A DNA stretch of 64,000 nucleotides from Laetmonice hystrix (taxonomy: Eukaryota), in contig OZ249436.1 in NCBI GenBank assembly GCA_965235115.1, forward strand, positions 57,784,001 through 57,848,000, given 5' to 3'. The notes beneath the pieces were generated by a model. It worked only from the letters and a program-made list of their open reading frames with translations. It was not told the DNA's origin and did no database searches. The first letter of the stretch is position 1. Each line of letters opens with the position of its first letter. Below are positions 48,720-61,005 of the stretch, in pieces. The position numbers and the translations under genes were made by a program.

Positions 48720-49469
48720 CACTGATATTTTAGGATATTGTTGAAAGGATTTTGTTGTTTTGTTTTTTTGCGAAAGAACGTTTTATTTAATAACGCCATA
48801 AAGCTAGAGCCCGAGTGGTGAAGGGGCACCTCTTGCGGCCATTACCCCTGTCTCCTGGCTGACCTTTGTTGAACTCTAGGAATCCCCCATGATCTGCCTG
48901 ACCTTGTAGGCGCCACATCTTGGCCCGCAATATAATGCCTAGCACCTGCAGCAAGGCATGTCTAGTTCCTTTATATATCTGTCTGGCTCGGTTGTCAAAC
49001 CTAAGTCCGTGTCTTTGCGCTGCGCAGTATTTTGAAAATCTCTGGTCAAGACTATTTGTGGACTGGGTCCCAATACGTGAGGGCGAATCTCCCAGACTAC
49101 AAACATCTGCAGTCTGTACAAGACATAAGGTTATGAAATGATGGCATGAAAGACATGTTGTTGAACAGGAACGGATGCATCCTGGCAAAACAAGCTTTTA
49201 AACAAGATGTATGTAATATTTGGATGAATTCGATGCTATCCTGACAGACTCATTGCTTACACAAGGGGATGGACACATACAGCGGCTCATGATAATAAAA
49301 TGCCCTTCTCTTGTAATTCCTTACCTCTAGGATTACTTGTAATATTTGCGTAACATTACAGATTGCAGGTATTGCCCTTCCTGTTTGACTTTGGTCGGAC
49401 AAAACATAACTCACCATACCATTAATAAATTCTGTATTTCTATTTCTGTTTTTTCGGTGACGCCGACAG

Positions 49470-49752
49470 TGTCCGCTTGTCTCAGCATTATATCCCAGCG
49501 GATCATAAAGACTTCATCTGCAGCCGGCCTGACGATGGCGGGATGATGCAGTGTAGTGACCTGCCGCTCTTCATACATAAAGGCATGACCTGCAATCAAA
49601 CGGCCATGCAATTTAGCAATAACACACCTACCAATGACTCGTGTGTCAACTGGAACCAGTATTACACCGATTGCAAAGCTGGGGTCAAGAACCCCTTTTT
49701 AGGGGCGATTTCTTTTGATAATATAGGACTAGCATGGGTAGCAATTTTTCAG
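49470..49752 (+). CDS. Cav3: Cav3 exon, domain I extracellular turret and pore helix (283 nt, phase 2-0)
   Basis: Acceptor ACAG at 49469; translates VRLSQHY...FICS...MMQCSDLP...CVNWNQYYTDC...NPFLGAISFDNIGLAWVAIFQ; donor CAG|GTAAGT at 49753. Confidence 0.94.
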
Positions 49753-52700
49753 GTAAGTGAACTTAATTCTTGTTTGTCTTTTTCCTGCTGCTATATTTGC
49801 TAATACTACATGCAATCATACACACAAACACATTGTATAATTTACTTTCGAATGCACTTCAAATGTTATATAATAAGTATATCCGATAATTGGAAATGAC
49901 AATATGGGCAGTTGGAAAAAGATTCATTCACGATGATGTATCTCTTAGATATTGTATGAAATTTGACAAAATAGCGCACTGGCCCAGATACCGCACCTAG
50001 GACGTAGTTCTCTCGTGTTGCCTGTCGGGAAGAGTAATAATTCAGCGTTAGTAACCCCGATTGACATGGATGAATGTAGTTATCAAAGTAAAGTGATTTC
50101 TTAATTATTTCACGGAGGTGACCCAGAAAGGATCCACAGTGCCTAATGCTAATTAGGCGGGTGTATGTGTGGATACCGAGTATTTCTCTTTGCCTGGATG
50201 AAGGAAGACAACGGAGACATGAGTAATGAAAGGCTACACTTTCCTAATTAGGGAACATGAAAGTTAATGAGCTATCTGTTTGCCCGTAGTCGGTGTGCCG
50301 TCTCCTGGTGCATAACATGACTACAGGCTGCGAGAAAATCCTCTGGCTTGGTTCCTATTCGAGACGGGCATAGCACTAGAAGATTACCAAGTAACAGTGA
50401 TCATGCAGCCATGGAAACACCTGCGAAAATAACGTTCACTCGTTTCCATATTCATGGAGGGCAATTAGGGCAGCACAGCCAGTACAGGCTTTACGGCTTT
50501 CTCTTGTCTTTACGTCAGTCCAACTGAAGTCTGTCGTTGCTGGCCCCTCGGTTAGTCGGTATCGGTGCTGGAGGTAAATGTTAAAATGTTAAAACAATAT
50601 CTAGTTTCACCAGGTGGTTGCCAGGTGAATCGTGTGATTTAAGCCAGATTGTAGCACTGATTGTAGCTCTGCGTCTGAGATAAAAAATGTGGCATGTCTT
50701 GTGTCCGTTCAGCAAGAAACAGTCGGGTTCACATGTACCCTAATTGGCCACATGTGAGGAAATATCTGCAATACCCAGCAGAGGACTCAGAGAAAGAGGT
50801 GATTGTCTTATATTAAAAGAAGACATCAAAGAATTGACAGCGGGTTGAAAAGGAAACTGGTTTTATTCGTCATTTACAATTGATATTAATTGATTAACAA
50901 GGCCTTTAACATTGAAGCCGCATTCTTTCAGGTGGCATCATTTTACACTACATGAAGCCTAGGTATGTGTCTAAGTGGCCATGTCCTTTGTTCACATTGA
51001 CCTTAGATTTAGCCAGTCATCAGTTGGCATTTAGCTCTCTCAGTCAGCCGTTAGTCGCAAGCCTAGATTCAATCAGGACGGTTGACCTCTTATGACGAAT
51101 TCAGTTGTTCTGCCACATGCGGTGTGGGCTCCAATGGTTGCATTTGACATTCAAGTCCTTATCACGTTTCGGAAAAGTTTCACTTAGAAGTTTTATTTTG
51201 CAACAAGAAGTCCTTTAATTTTCCTTTAAATCCGGGCTAAAAGTTATCAATTCTTTTGAACTTAGCCAGGTTGTGTTTTAAGAGTGATTCTACGCCTGGG
51301 TCAGAACGTTCCCCACTGACTGTAAGACCCAAGTTTTGTTAGCACAAAGATTATTATATCTTTGCTTACTTCCTTATTAAAATGGTACCACTAATGCAGA
51401 GGTGTGAGAGGTACAGGTACCGGTATAGGTAAATGACCGTTTATTGCCGATCTGTAGAGGTAGAGCTTGTGAGCATCTCAAAGTCCGGATTCAGTTAAGC
51501 AAAATTGATGCATTCGTAGGAGAGCCAGTGTCCGAGTATAAAGAACTAATTTACAGCTGGATACAGGCAGCTGTCAATTTTACTAGGCTGGTGGTAGTGA
51601 TGGTGGTATGAGGAGCCTTTCGGTCATCCATGTAAACAAAGTAATTAATACACTGGTCACAAGTACAGTGCCAATAATTATCAGGGCTGCCCCATTATCT
51701 ATCTAAATTAAAAATTGATTAAATCTCGAGGAAATAACTGTCCATACAGCAGGCATGCCATTGCTGATCCTAATTGCTTCCCTCTATTGCAAACATCGAT
51801 CAGTTGTGCTGTTTGCTTACAGCTCCAGAGAACTAGTCCTAAATCCAGTATGAGTGGGAAAACCTCGCATTCAGTGAGCCATAAGGGCGGTGGCTGAAGC
51901 AGGAGATGCTACCAAGTGTGGTGGCTTAGTTCCTATCCGCGGCAGAATGAACCATTGACAGGCTATGGATGGAAGGTTGCCACCACACCGTCTACATTTT
52001 TATGAACTGATATTTTTCCAAATTGCGTCTCTACTACGTCATGCGAGGTGACCACGGATTTTTTGGCAAGATTTGTTGAGCTTTTCTGATAATATTCCAA
52101 ATGACGATGTGGGCCCTCCCTTGTAACTATGTTCTAGGTAAGAATCAATCAAGGTGGATGTTGACCTGTATAACCCATCCTTGTACGTTGGAGACTCCTA
52201 CCTTGATTGAATCGAATGGCCATTTTCGTCCTGCTTGTTGGGGAAGTCAGCAACAACAAGGGAAGCGCTTTGGTGTGTCACGCTACTGAACCCAATATTG
52301 CGCTAACCTTGCAAAAAGTTTGGCAGGTAAAGCCCACACATTCTGACAATCTGGAAGGGTAATTGAAGACGGTGTCTGGCTTAACATGTCTGCTGACTTG
52401 TCTTAGACCTCTCCGACCCTTTACATTCGGAGCAGAAAATGAATGCGCTTTTGAAGAGGAGGCCATGAACGTGGATCTGTGAATCATCCGGAACTCGCAC
52501 TCTTTCTCGCGTGGCAAGATTTACAGATAGCGCGTTATCTGGGCTATGGGTGAAAGACACTAGATTATTGGGAGTCTTTTCCTAATTGAAAGATTACCAC
52601 CGCCAATCACCGTTTGATGTACATGACTTGTTAGAACACCGCATCTCGATTTGACAAAAACATTCATGACGACCTCGCACGGAGAACTCATGGTATAGGA

Positions 52701-55659
52701 TCTGTATACTCGATGGCTCCCTTAATGCCGCCCAATGTGACATTCAGTAACAAACATGTAAACTTGAAAAATGCTAATTTTAGTTTTTTAATGAGGTATT
52801 TTTACCATAGTTTGGACTTGTGAAGCCATATTTACAGCGTGTCCTTAATCTTGGTCCAGCAAACCTCAGGCAGGTAATCGTGGTAGAGGAAATCGGTAAT
52901 ATAGCAGGTAGACAGTGAGGGGCGATGTCTCCATGCGTCTACTATACATCATGCTGATATCTGCGCAGGTAAAGATGACGATTGTGGTCTGCCTAAACGT
53001 GCCCAAGCTCATGTGACGGTGATGAAAGGCAGGCTCACAGTCCTTTGATGTCCTCGTCAAATTATCACCGAGATAGTGAGGGTACGCATGGCACTGGCCA
53101 CGGGGTGGGTGAGAAAGGGTTACGAGGGCGGAAATGTCGGGTTCGATAAATCAGCCAGAAGGTAATGAGACAATTAATTAATTAATTAATCAGTTTAAGT
53201 GCAGAGTTGTACCGTATTGTACCAGTAGATGCAATTGAACTGTTTTGTATGTCTGATACCGAGTTACATTAAATATGACAAATGACTTGGCAAGTTTGTA
53301 CAGGAGATTTGATCTAACATGTCCATGTCATGATCCTATCTGCGTCGTTGTGACGTTGTACAGATTTACCGATACAAAAAGTACGGTATCTTGCCAGGAT
53401 GTGTACAACACTAACAAAAGAAAAAGGCAGAAGACAAGTAGAAATAATTTTCCTTAATGCACCAAATGCATAGATTGCCCCACGAAATCTGAAAGTTTCT
53501 GCCGATGTCGGTTAATTGACGCGAGTGACCGCCCTTTGTAATCGAGATGGTGGTGACCCCTACTGGTACCCGTATTAGACGAGATGACCCTGGGCATTCG
53601 TCTCGCCGCCGCACAAGACAGTGGGGTTTGCTTGGCCTTATGGGAGCTTGTCTAGGCAGTAGTCGGCTCCGTCTGTATGCTGGGTCAGCTCCAACACGAA
53701 GAAAACACCACACTGTTGGCTGTCCCTGCCGACCCCGACTATCGCTTTAATTAAGGGTTATCTGTGTGTGGATAGGACCAGCGATGGACAGTTGTCATTC
53801 CAGGCCACCAGGGGGAGCTATTGACGGCAGGGGCCGAGTTTATGGACCATGTGGGTGATGTCTAGACATCAGTGTCTTGGAAAGTCACGGGCTTTCTACA
53901 TTTTTCTAAAATCAGAAGTTCTAACCATATGGGTTAAATAATTTCGATAAGATCTCTGAAAGATTTGCCATTAAAAATTGCGATGGGAAATCACCGTGTA
54001 AGTAATCTTCTATAATTCTGTGTAAGTATAATATTGGTGCTTCGTTAAAACAGGGCCAGTGCATTATTTTGATGTGATGAGTAATTAGTCTTTTGATATT
54101 CAAAGAAATGCATCCATCCATATAAATCAATTTATATTTTCACGATATTAGTATGATTGTATCTGTAGACGATGGTGCCATCTGTATACTAATGATGATT
54201 TCTCTCTATCAAAGCAGTTTGATCCTTTTAAATAGTATATTAGTTAATATTATATGTACTTTCTATAATTCTTACAAAATGGTTTTAAGGCGACATTTGC
54301 ATGATTGGTATACCTTTTGGGCTGTAGAAGTACATTATGGCGTTTTGCATGGAGACATTTTGAAGAATTGTTTCATTTTTTTCTTGACGTGTTTTACACC
54401 CCATCAAGTGAACGTCATCTCATTGTATGGTGATTATGCCAGATCCAATCAAAACAAGCAAACATGTTTGAAATTGTGTATTTTGTGAATTGATGGAGTT
54501 ACTAATATTTGGAATAATAAGAGGGTTTTTTTTCTGTTGAACTTTCATCTGTTCCCTGGGAGCTTTGAAAGACATCGCCTGGTGTTGAGTTTAACGTTAG
54601 GATATGATCTTTGAGGTTGTCCTTATAAAAAAGGATAAGCGGTATATAATTATTGATAATGGCATGAATTGCTTTGTCCTACTGGATTTTTCGCTCATAA
54701 TTCGACGTTCATAATTTGTATGAACCTTCGATATATCTAAAGATATAAGGCGTGTTTAAGTCACTATAATAGCATTGCTATAAACAGGTAATCGTGCAGG
54801 CGCAATGCTCACACTGGCATGAAGACATGGAAACATCGCTTTTGCAGTTCTGAAATATAAGTTTCCTTTTTACCATTCTGAATTGAAATACACCTTCTTA
54901 TAGGTCTAAAATGAAAGGCTTTTTGATCTAAAGTTCTGAGATGAAAGTTACCCGGCATATGAACCTTTCACCAGAAGTAAGATGATGTTGTGATGTCATT
55001 AAGACTCATGTGGATAATGCAAAAGTTGTTTTTTTATTCCTCGTCCTTATCGTGGTGGTTCGATTTTAAGTTATATTTTTAAAAGAAATTTTGAGCCATT
55101 TTTTCCAGGATTTAGAAAGGTAAGCCACAGGCTAAACTTGACCTTGTGGGATTTTCGATTTTTCATCTTCTTTTTAACCACTCAATTTTGGTTTTACTAC
55201 ATATTTTTTCATTTTCAGTTTCCATTGGTCATTGACATGGTGTCCATTCATTGGGAAACAACTGAGTGTCAAACGTTCTGGTTTACTGTAAAAAACTAAA
55301 GAGAATCTAAACCCACACGGCTCTACTGTTTGACAAACTAAACTAAAAATAGAACACTTTAGAAACAGACAGGCAAGACCTGCATTTTATCGAAAGGAAT
55401 TATTTCTCATTTTGAGATGTTTTTAATTGAAATGGTTAGATTCGTTCCTCGGGAAGCCAGAGCTTAGGACAACTACTTCAGCACTGTTTTTCAATGATCC
55501 CTTTACAAAGTGAAGTGTATACTGACGTAGAGTACAATTGCATTACATGTATATAACATAATGTATACCTCGTTGACGATCGTAAACGCCACAGCCTCAG
55601 GCTGTAGCTAATGCGTTTTGACCCCCATTGAAATCCCCGCTTTCTTGTCTCTGTTTCAG

Positions 55660-55752
55660 GTTATCAGCCTTGAAGGTTGGGTAGATATCATGTATTATGT
55701 TCAGGATGCTCACTCTTTCTGGGATTGGGTATATTTTGTCGCACTTATTGTG
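55660..55752 (+). CDS. Cav3: Cav3 domain I pore-loop exon, copy A (canonical filter Glu; 93 nt, phase 0-0)
   Basis: Acceptor CTGTTTCAG; translates [31 protein letters not shown]; donor GTG|GTAAGT at 55753. Confidence 0.96.
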
Positions 55753-55814
55753 GTAAGTACCAAACATCTAGATGTTGATTTTTCATACATTTTATCTACT
55801 TTCCTATTTTTCAG

Positions 55815-55907
55815 GTGATAAGCCTAGCGGGCTGGGTAAATATAATGTATTATGTACAGGATACACACTCATTCTGGGATTGGATATATTTTGTTTCACT
55901 GATTGTG
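55815..55907 (+). CDS. Cav3: Cav3 domain I pore-loop exon, copy B (filter Glu replaced by Ala; 93 nt, phase 0-0); probable mutually exclusive alternative
   Basis: Acceptor TATTTTTCAG; translates [31 protein letters not shown]; donor GTG|GTAAGT at 55908. Same length and phase as copy A; 26/31 aa identical. Confidence 0.88.
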
Positions 55908-56670
55908 GTAAGTAAGGTCTCATGGCATGCCTCAACGCTGCATCCTGTTTTCCGAATCCCCAGTCTATATTACATGCGTATAACAGCACAATTAGAGAAC
56001 TGTAGATATAGCAGCATTCGAAATCGAACTCTGGAGCAATGGAGCGATGCTCGACGCTCTGGAGCAATCATTTCCCATTTGGTCATTTTCAAATCCAGCA
56101 GACGTGGCCCAAAGCCGTGTTGCATAACTTTTGTTTACTCAGTTTGAGTCCTCGACTGAGAGGAAATTCTGGGGGCTGGTGTTAGCTGGGCATCGCTTCA
56201 CAAGTTGTGCTCTAGTAGACGCCTCTTGGTTTGTGTTGTGGACTGTTTTGAATTGATGCACTTGCTGTGGTTTATCGTCTGCCAGTCCACCTTCCAACGT
56301 GCTTGTTCCTCTCCTTATTTGTGTTGCTTCTTTCTTTACGTTGTTATTTTGTTGCTGTTTTTCGTTTTGTTCTTCAGTGTTGTTAATTTCCTTTATTTTG
56401 TCACTAAACCTGCCCGAATCCACGCTCTGGTGGTTTTCTATATTTTGTTGCCTTTAATCCAAATTGCCTCTTTCAATGAGGTATCTAAAGTATGATTCTG
56501 CAAATTACTAAATCAAACACATGTTTATGAAAGTAACACTAACCGTCTGTAATTGTGAAATTCACAATCAAATGTTAATAGAAACCGCAGTTAAACCTTT
56601 TCAAACCATAGCCATATATCCTCTTTTAAACATTATAAAAGAAAAAAAGAAAAAAAGGGTGTTTAAATTA

Positions 56671-56725
56671 CAGAGAGAGAGACAGAGAGAGAGAGATAGA
56701 AAGAGAGAGAGATAGAGAAGAGAGG
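56671..56725. repeat. Imperfect (GA)n microsatellite
   Basis: CAGAGAGAGAGACAGAGAGAGAGAGATAGAAAGAGAGAGAGATAGAGAAGAGAGG. Confidence 0.85.
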
Positions 56726-59700
56726 TGGTGATAAAAAAGCCTGTTTTGCAGTATTCGTATGTTTTTCACTTGGATACGTTTTTCAACTAAGAACTGAATG
56801 AAATATGTATTATTCTGCAGTTTATCCGATATTTCAGGTTATGTTGATTAGACTTGATTTTATTGGCTTTAAAAAAGCGTCTTGCAAGGTCTTTTTATTG
56901 AGTTTTTCCGTACACATTCCTGCCTGTTTCCAGTACTTTCCACCTGTTCCTTCCGGTTCCCATTTTGTTCTGATTTCACCTACCAACATTTAGTTTACCT
57001 TGCATGGTCATAACCCCTCTTGACGTGACCTCTGACTCTGTGACGTCTTAAAGTGACCATGACACCTAAGTTCATTTTCTTGTGCAGAAAAAAAGAGAAG
57101 AAAGCTCCGTATGAAGTAATCCTCTGTGTGAAGATTCATTTAACAGTGGTTGAGTTTTTTTGTCGAATTTTGCTGCCAGAATTCCGTGTCTCTTGTCCAT
57201 AAATTTGACTGAGAAACACGTCGTGACTCAAGAGTTACCTGTGTCCTTCTTGCGTCAAATTTTGAGCCCTGATGGTTTCTTCATTTCATTTTCGTCCAAA
57301 TAAATTCACCAGAGACTTTGTACCCCGTGGCCGGCTAATTATCTTTGCACACTTTTGACCTCTCTGACCTGAGCAAATCTCTCCTTTGACGTCCTTTTTT
57401 TACATTTGCCCTATAGAAAATTTCATACCTTCCTGTCCCAATGTGCATATTTCAAGAACAGTCCACTAATTTCTTAGCAGATGGCTGGTTTGTGCGTCGA
57501 ATGCTCATGATATTCTGGAAAGTTTTGAGCTCTTTTGAACCTGAATCACTTTTAATGGGATGATTATTGTGACCAGCTTGGTCAGTGCTGTGACCTCTCA
57601 GTGACCTCTACTCATCTTTCCTGAGTGGTGCCAATATTGTCCATGTTTTTTGTACTTCCTCTCTTCTCGTCATCGGATCCTACAAAGTGAAAAGATTTTT
57701 GTGATGCCAGTGATGGTCAATCTTGTCTCTCTTCTTACATGCAGTATCAGAGGTACCTCTATCGTGATCGACAGTTTATTTTAACAAAACCCGTATTCTG
57801 CCTGAGTGTGTCAGGATTGGGAATCGTCTCTCGATGGTTGACTGACTGACTGCCTCTCATGTTGAAGTGTTCATTGCTTTGTTGATGTTCAGGGAATTGC
57901 TGTGATGGTTTAGTGACGTTTGTTTTTTGCACGACACGTGCAGTAGTGAGTTAGTCTAGAGAGCGGGGAGAACTGGGCAATGTGAGGGGAGACTGAAACG
58001 GCCACTACAGTCTGATTGAGTCAGTGGTTGTGCATGCCATGTTCCAAGTGTCCCATCTTGAATACACGTTCGCAAGTTACAGAAGGTTGTTACTAGCACA
58101 AGCCACACATACCAGCATACACAAGCATCAGCCAGCCAATCAAAGAAACTGAAAGTTTTTACCGATCATGTTATGCCAATATCACAATATGACGATGATT
58201 AAGCACTTATAATTCAGATAATTCATAAGAATTCATAGCAAAGCCCTGTTTCCTGTAATAAAGTCTGCTTGTTGTTGATAAACATGGCTAAATGGATAAA
58301 TATGGCTAAATGGTAAATTTGAAAGCATCGTTCCACAGACGAAAGAAACACTCCCAATCTGCTTTGACGACACGTATTATTCTCTAGGCGAATTTCATTT
58401 ATGGCTTTAAAATTTTATAGTGTGCTTTACTTTGAAATGCAAAAACTTAGTGTAATATTTGCCAGTATGGCAGAACTGGTCACATTCACTGACTGAGGAA
58501 TATCTCAAATAGGCCGAACCGAGAAATCTGTACTGAATGTAATGCTATGCTTATGTAATAGCTATACCTTGGTTATCCTAGCGCTATATACATAAAATAG
58601 TAAATTCCCATGCTTATGCATTGCACCCACTTCGAGGAAATTTTTTTAAAATATGCTTATAAACTCCCCAGGACATGTAAATCACTTGCTTCTTTCTACA
58701 CTCTTGAAGAGATGCACTTGTAGATGATATGTATGTGAATATCACAGGTCTGTTTAAAGTTCACAGAGAATGAAAAGTCATAACTATTCACAATAACGAG
58801 AATTTTTAATATACAGGGCATGACCTTTTTAAAATTCAAATTGATTCAACAAAAATAAATATCCATATAGGCTAATTATACGAAATTGTTTTTTGATGTA
58901 AAATAATCTTTATCAGCCTATATGTGTACCGATCAGATTTCTACCTGAACGTCTAATATTGTAAGATTTATTATTCTTCTTCCACGGCTTATAGATCGGT
59001 AAGGTCTCCTTAGTGATTTAGTGTGATTACAAGAGTACTGATAACTGACAGCTTTATGCCTGAGACCATAAACAAAGCGTGTCTCTGAGATGTTTCTCTA
59101 GGAAATAAATAAAGGATGTAACGTCCTCGGGTTGGGCGTGTGTGTAAAAGGTGTTCATTTCGTTCATAACGCCCAACAAACTTAGAAGATATAATGGTTT
59201 TTCCTCGGGATATAACATGTGCATGCTTCTCGTGTGCGTGCCATTCCGTCTTATATGAATGGCTGCCTTTACATTAAAAGGATCCGTTCAAAAAATCTCG
59301 TTCACCAAGTCCAGAAGCAAAATGTATATTATCCTAAGATTCATATTTAATATTATCCATCGGAAGTGTTATTACTGCGGTTGAATGGAAATGAGCTTGG
59401 TAGAATTGCTGTGGTTGTGAACAAAGGCAGTATGGTGGGGGGGGGGGGGGGCGTTAGAGGGGGTTAGATAGAACATGTGGAGATATGGCAAACTGAATGT
59501 ATACTTTTATCACTTTATGTTCGGAAGATGGCGAGTTCTTATATGGTAGTTAGAACGTTTTACATAACGGTACATATAAAGCTAAATCTCAAAATGCATA
59601 GTAAATCTATTCAGTTGGCATCTAGTTGTTGTGTGGTTTGCCTGGTATGTCGCTGTATAGCATTGATTATTTTATGTGAATTTTGAAGTTTGAAAATTGG

Positions 59701-60203
59701 AATGATTTGTGTTACAATAGAATACAAAATACTGTTTGGTTCAATTGTCATTAAATAGGGAATTGGTTTAATGTTAAGGATAATCCTCATCATGGTTACT
59801 ATTTTACTACTTTGAAGTGTTGCCTATTTTTTAGAAGTACTTTTTCAAGGAAATTGGTTTTTGAACCGTATACTAATTTAATTGTTATTTGACTCGTTTA
59901 ACTCTAGCACTATTCTTTTTCTTGTCGCATGATTAGTCAATAACTTCTTCAGTGTTTTTTTTTACAGATTTTTTTTTGTTTTAACGACACGATTTTAGAT
60001 TTCAGTTTTGACAACATGCTAACTGAAATGGATTGACCTGATTGACCTTTTCAAGATCTCAAAATAATGGAACTTTTAACGAAAAGGTTGGAGGGATATT
60101 TTTTGAGCAGGGCACATGTCTTATTACTTTTTTCTTTATGACGTTTATAGGGTTCTTGGTCTTGTGCAGATGGTAGTACATGTTTTCCTATTCTGTTTTT
60201 CAG

Positions 60204-61005
60204 ATTGGGGCCTTTTTTATGATCAACCTATGCCTAGTTGTTATAGCAACACAATTTTCAGAAACTAAAAAGAGAGAGACAGAGAGAATGATGCAAGAAC
60301 GGAAACGTTTTCATTCTAGTAGTACTTTAGCGAGCAACTCTGAACCGGGAGGTTGTTACGATGAAATTTTGAAATATGTTGCACACTTATGGAGAAGAGC
60401 AAAAAGGAAAATTAACCGCCTCTGTCGCCGAGCCACAGGCCGACGGCAACGTAAAGTGACACCAGAGCGTGCAATATCTTTACGTAGAAAACGAAAGAAA
60501 AGGCGAAAAGGAGTACCACCGTCATCATTGTACCTTCAACCACCTCATCCTCATCAACAGCAATTCCATATTAGCAGCAATCCTAGCAATGCAGACAATC
60601 AAAACAGCCCCAAAGCACCGCGGGCGAGTCCCGAGGTATCCGACATAGACCCCATATCGTCGCCGCGCAGGCCAAACCATCTGATGGTGCCCGCTGGCGA
60701 GGACAGCGCCAACCCTTCGACTGAGTCCCTTCACATGGTGACCTACATGAACGAGTGCTTGGCGCCCCACGACCCCAACCTGTTGAAGTGTCCCATGCAG
60801 TCTTCCCCCAACCACATGGCGGCCAGCGGCGGCGCCATTTGTCGCCCCGTGAGTCGTACGTCGTCGTTCAACAGTCGTAGTAGTAGCAAGGACTGCCCGG
60901 TTCCGCCACCAGATGTCCTCGTAGCGCACGGTGCTAAGAATGCCAACAACTCGCAGCTGACTGCTGACTATGACAACAACAAACTGCATCCTCACGCACC
61001 TGAAG
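60204..61005 (+). CDS. Cav3: Cav3 exon, domain I S6, gating brake and proximal I-II linker (802 nt, phase 0-1)
   Basis: Acceptor TGTTTTTCAG; translates [29 protein letters not shown]...[31 protein letters not shown]...APRASPE...; donor G|GTCAGT at 61006 matches the phase-1 acceptor at 61193. Confidence 0.92.

Noticed and set aside
51920-52420. Minus-strand SKT and HS-RIG-like fragments as a decayed recombinase
   Set aside because: Spacing (about 450 bp) is about twice that in the intact YR (about 240 bp) and needs frameshifts.
56139-56495. Gln/Asn-rich minus ORF and hydrophobic plus ORF
   Set aside because: Low-complexity T-rich tract; no motifs or splice support.
56805-56993. MYYS...IFQV as a third pore-exon copy
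   Set aside because: Motifs are in the wrong order, there is no GW filter motif, and no 93-nt exon with a donor.
60636-60644. GTATCC as a second U12 donor
   Set aside because: Lacks the TT at +7/+8, lies in conserved coding sequence, and has no matching U12 branch point downstream.
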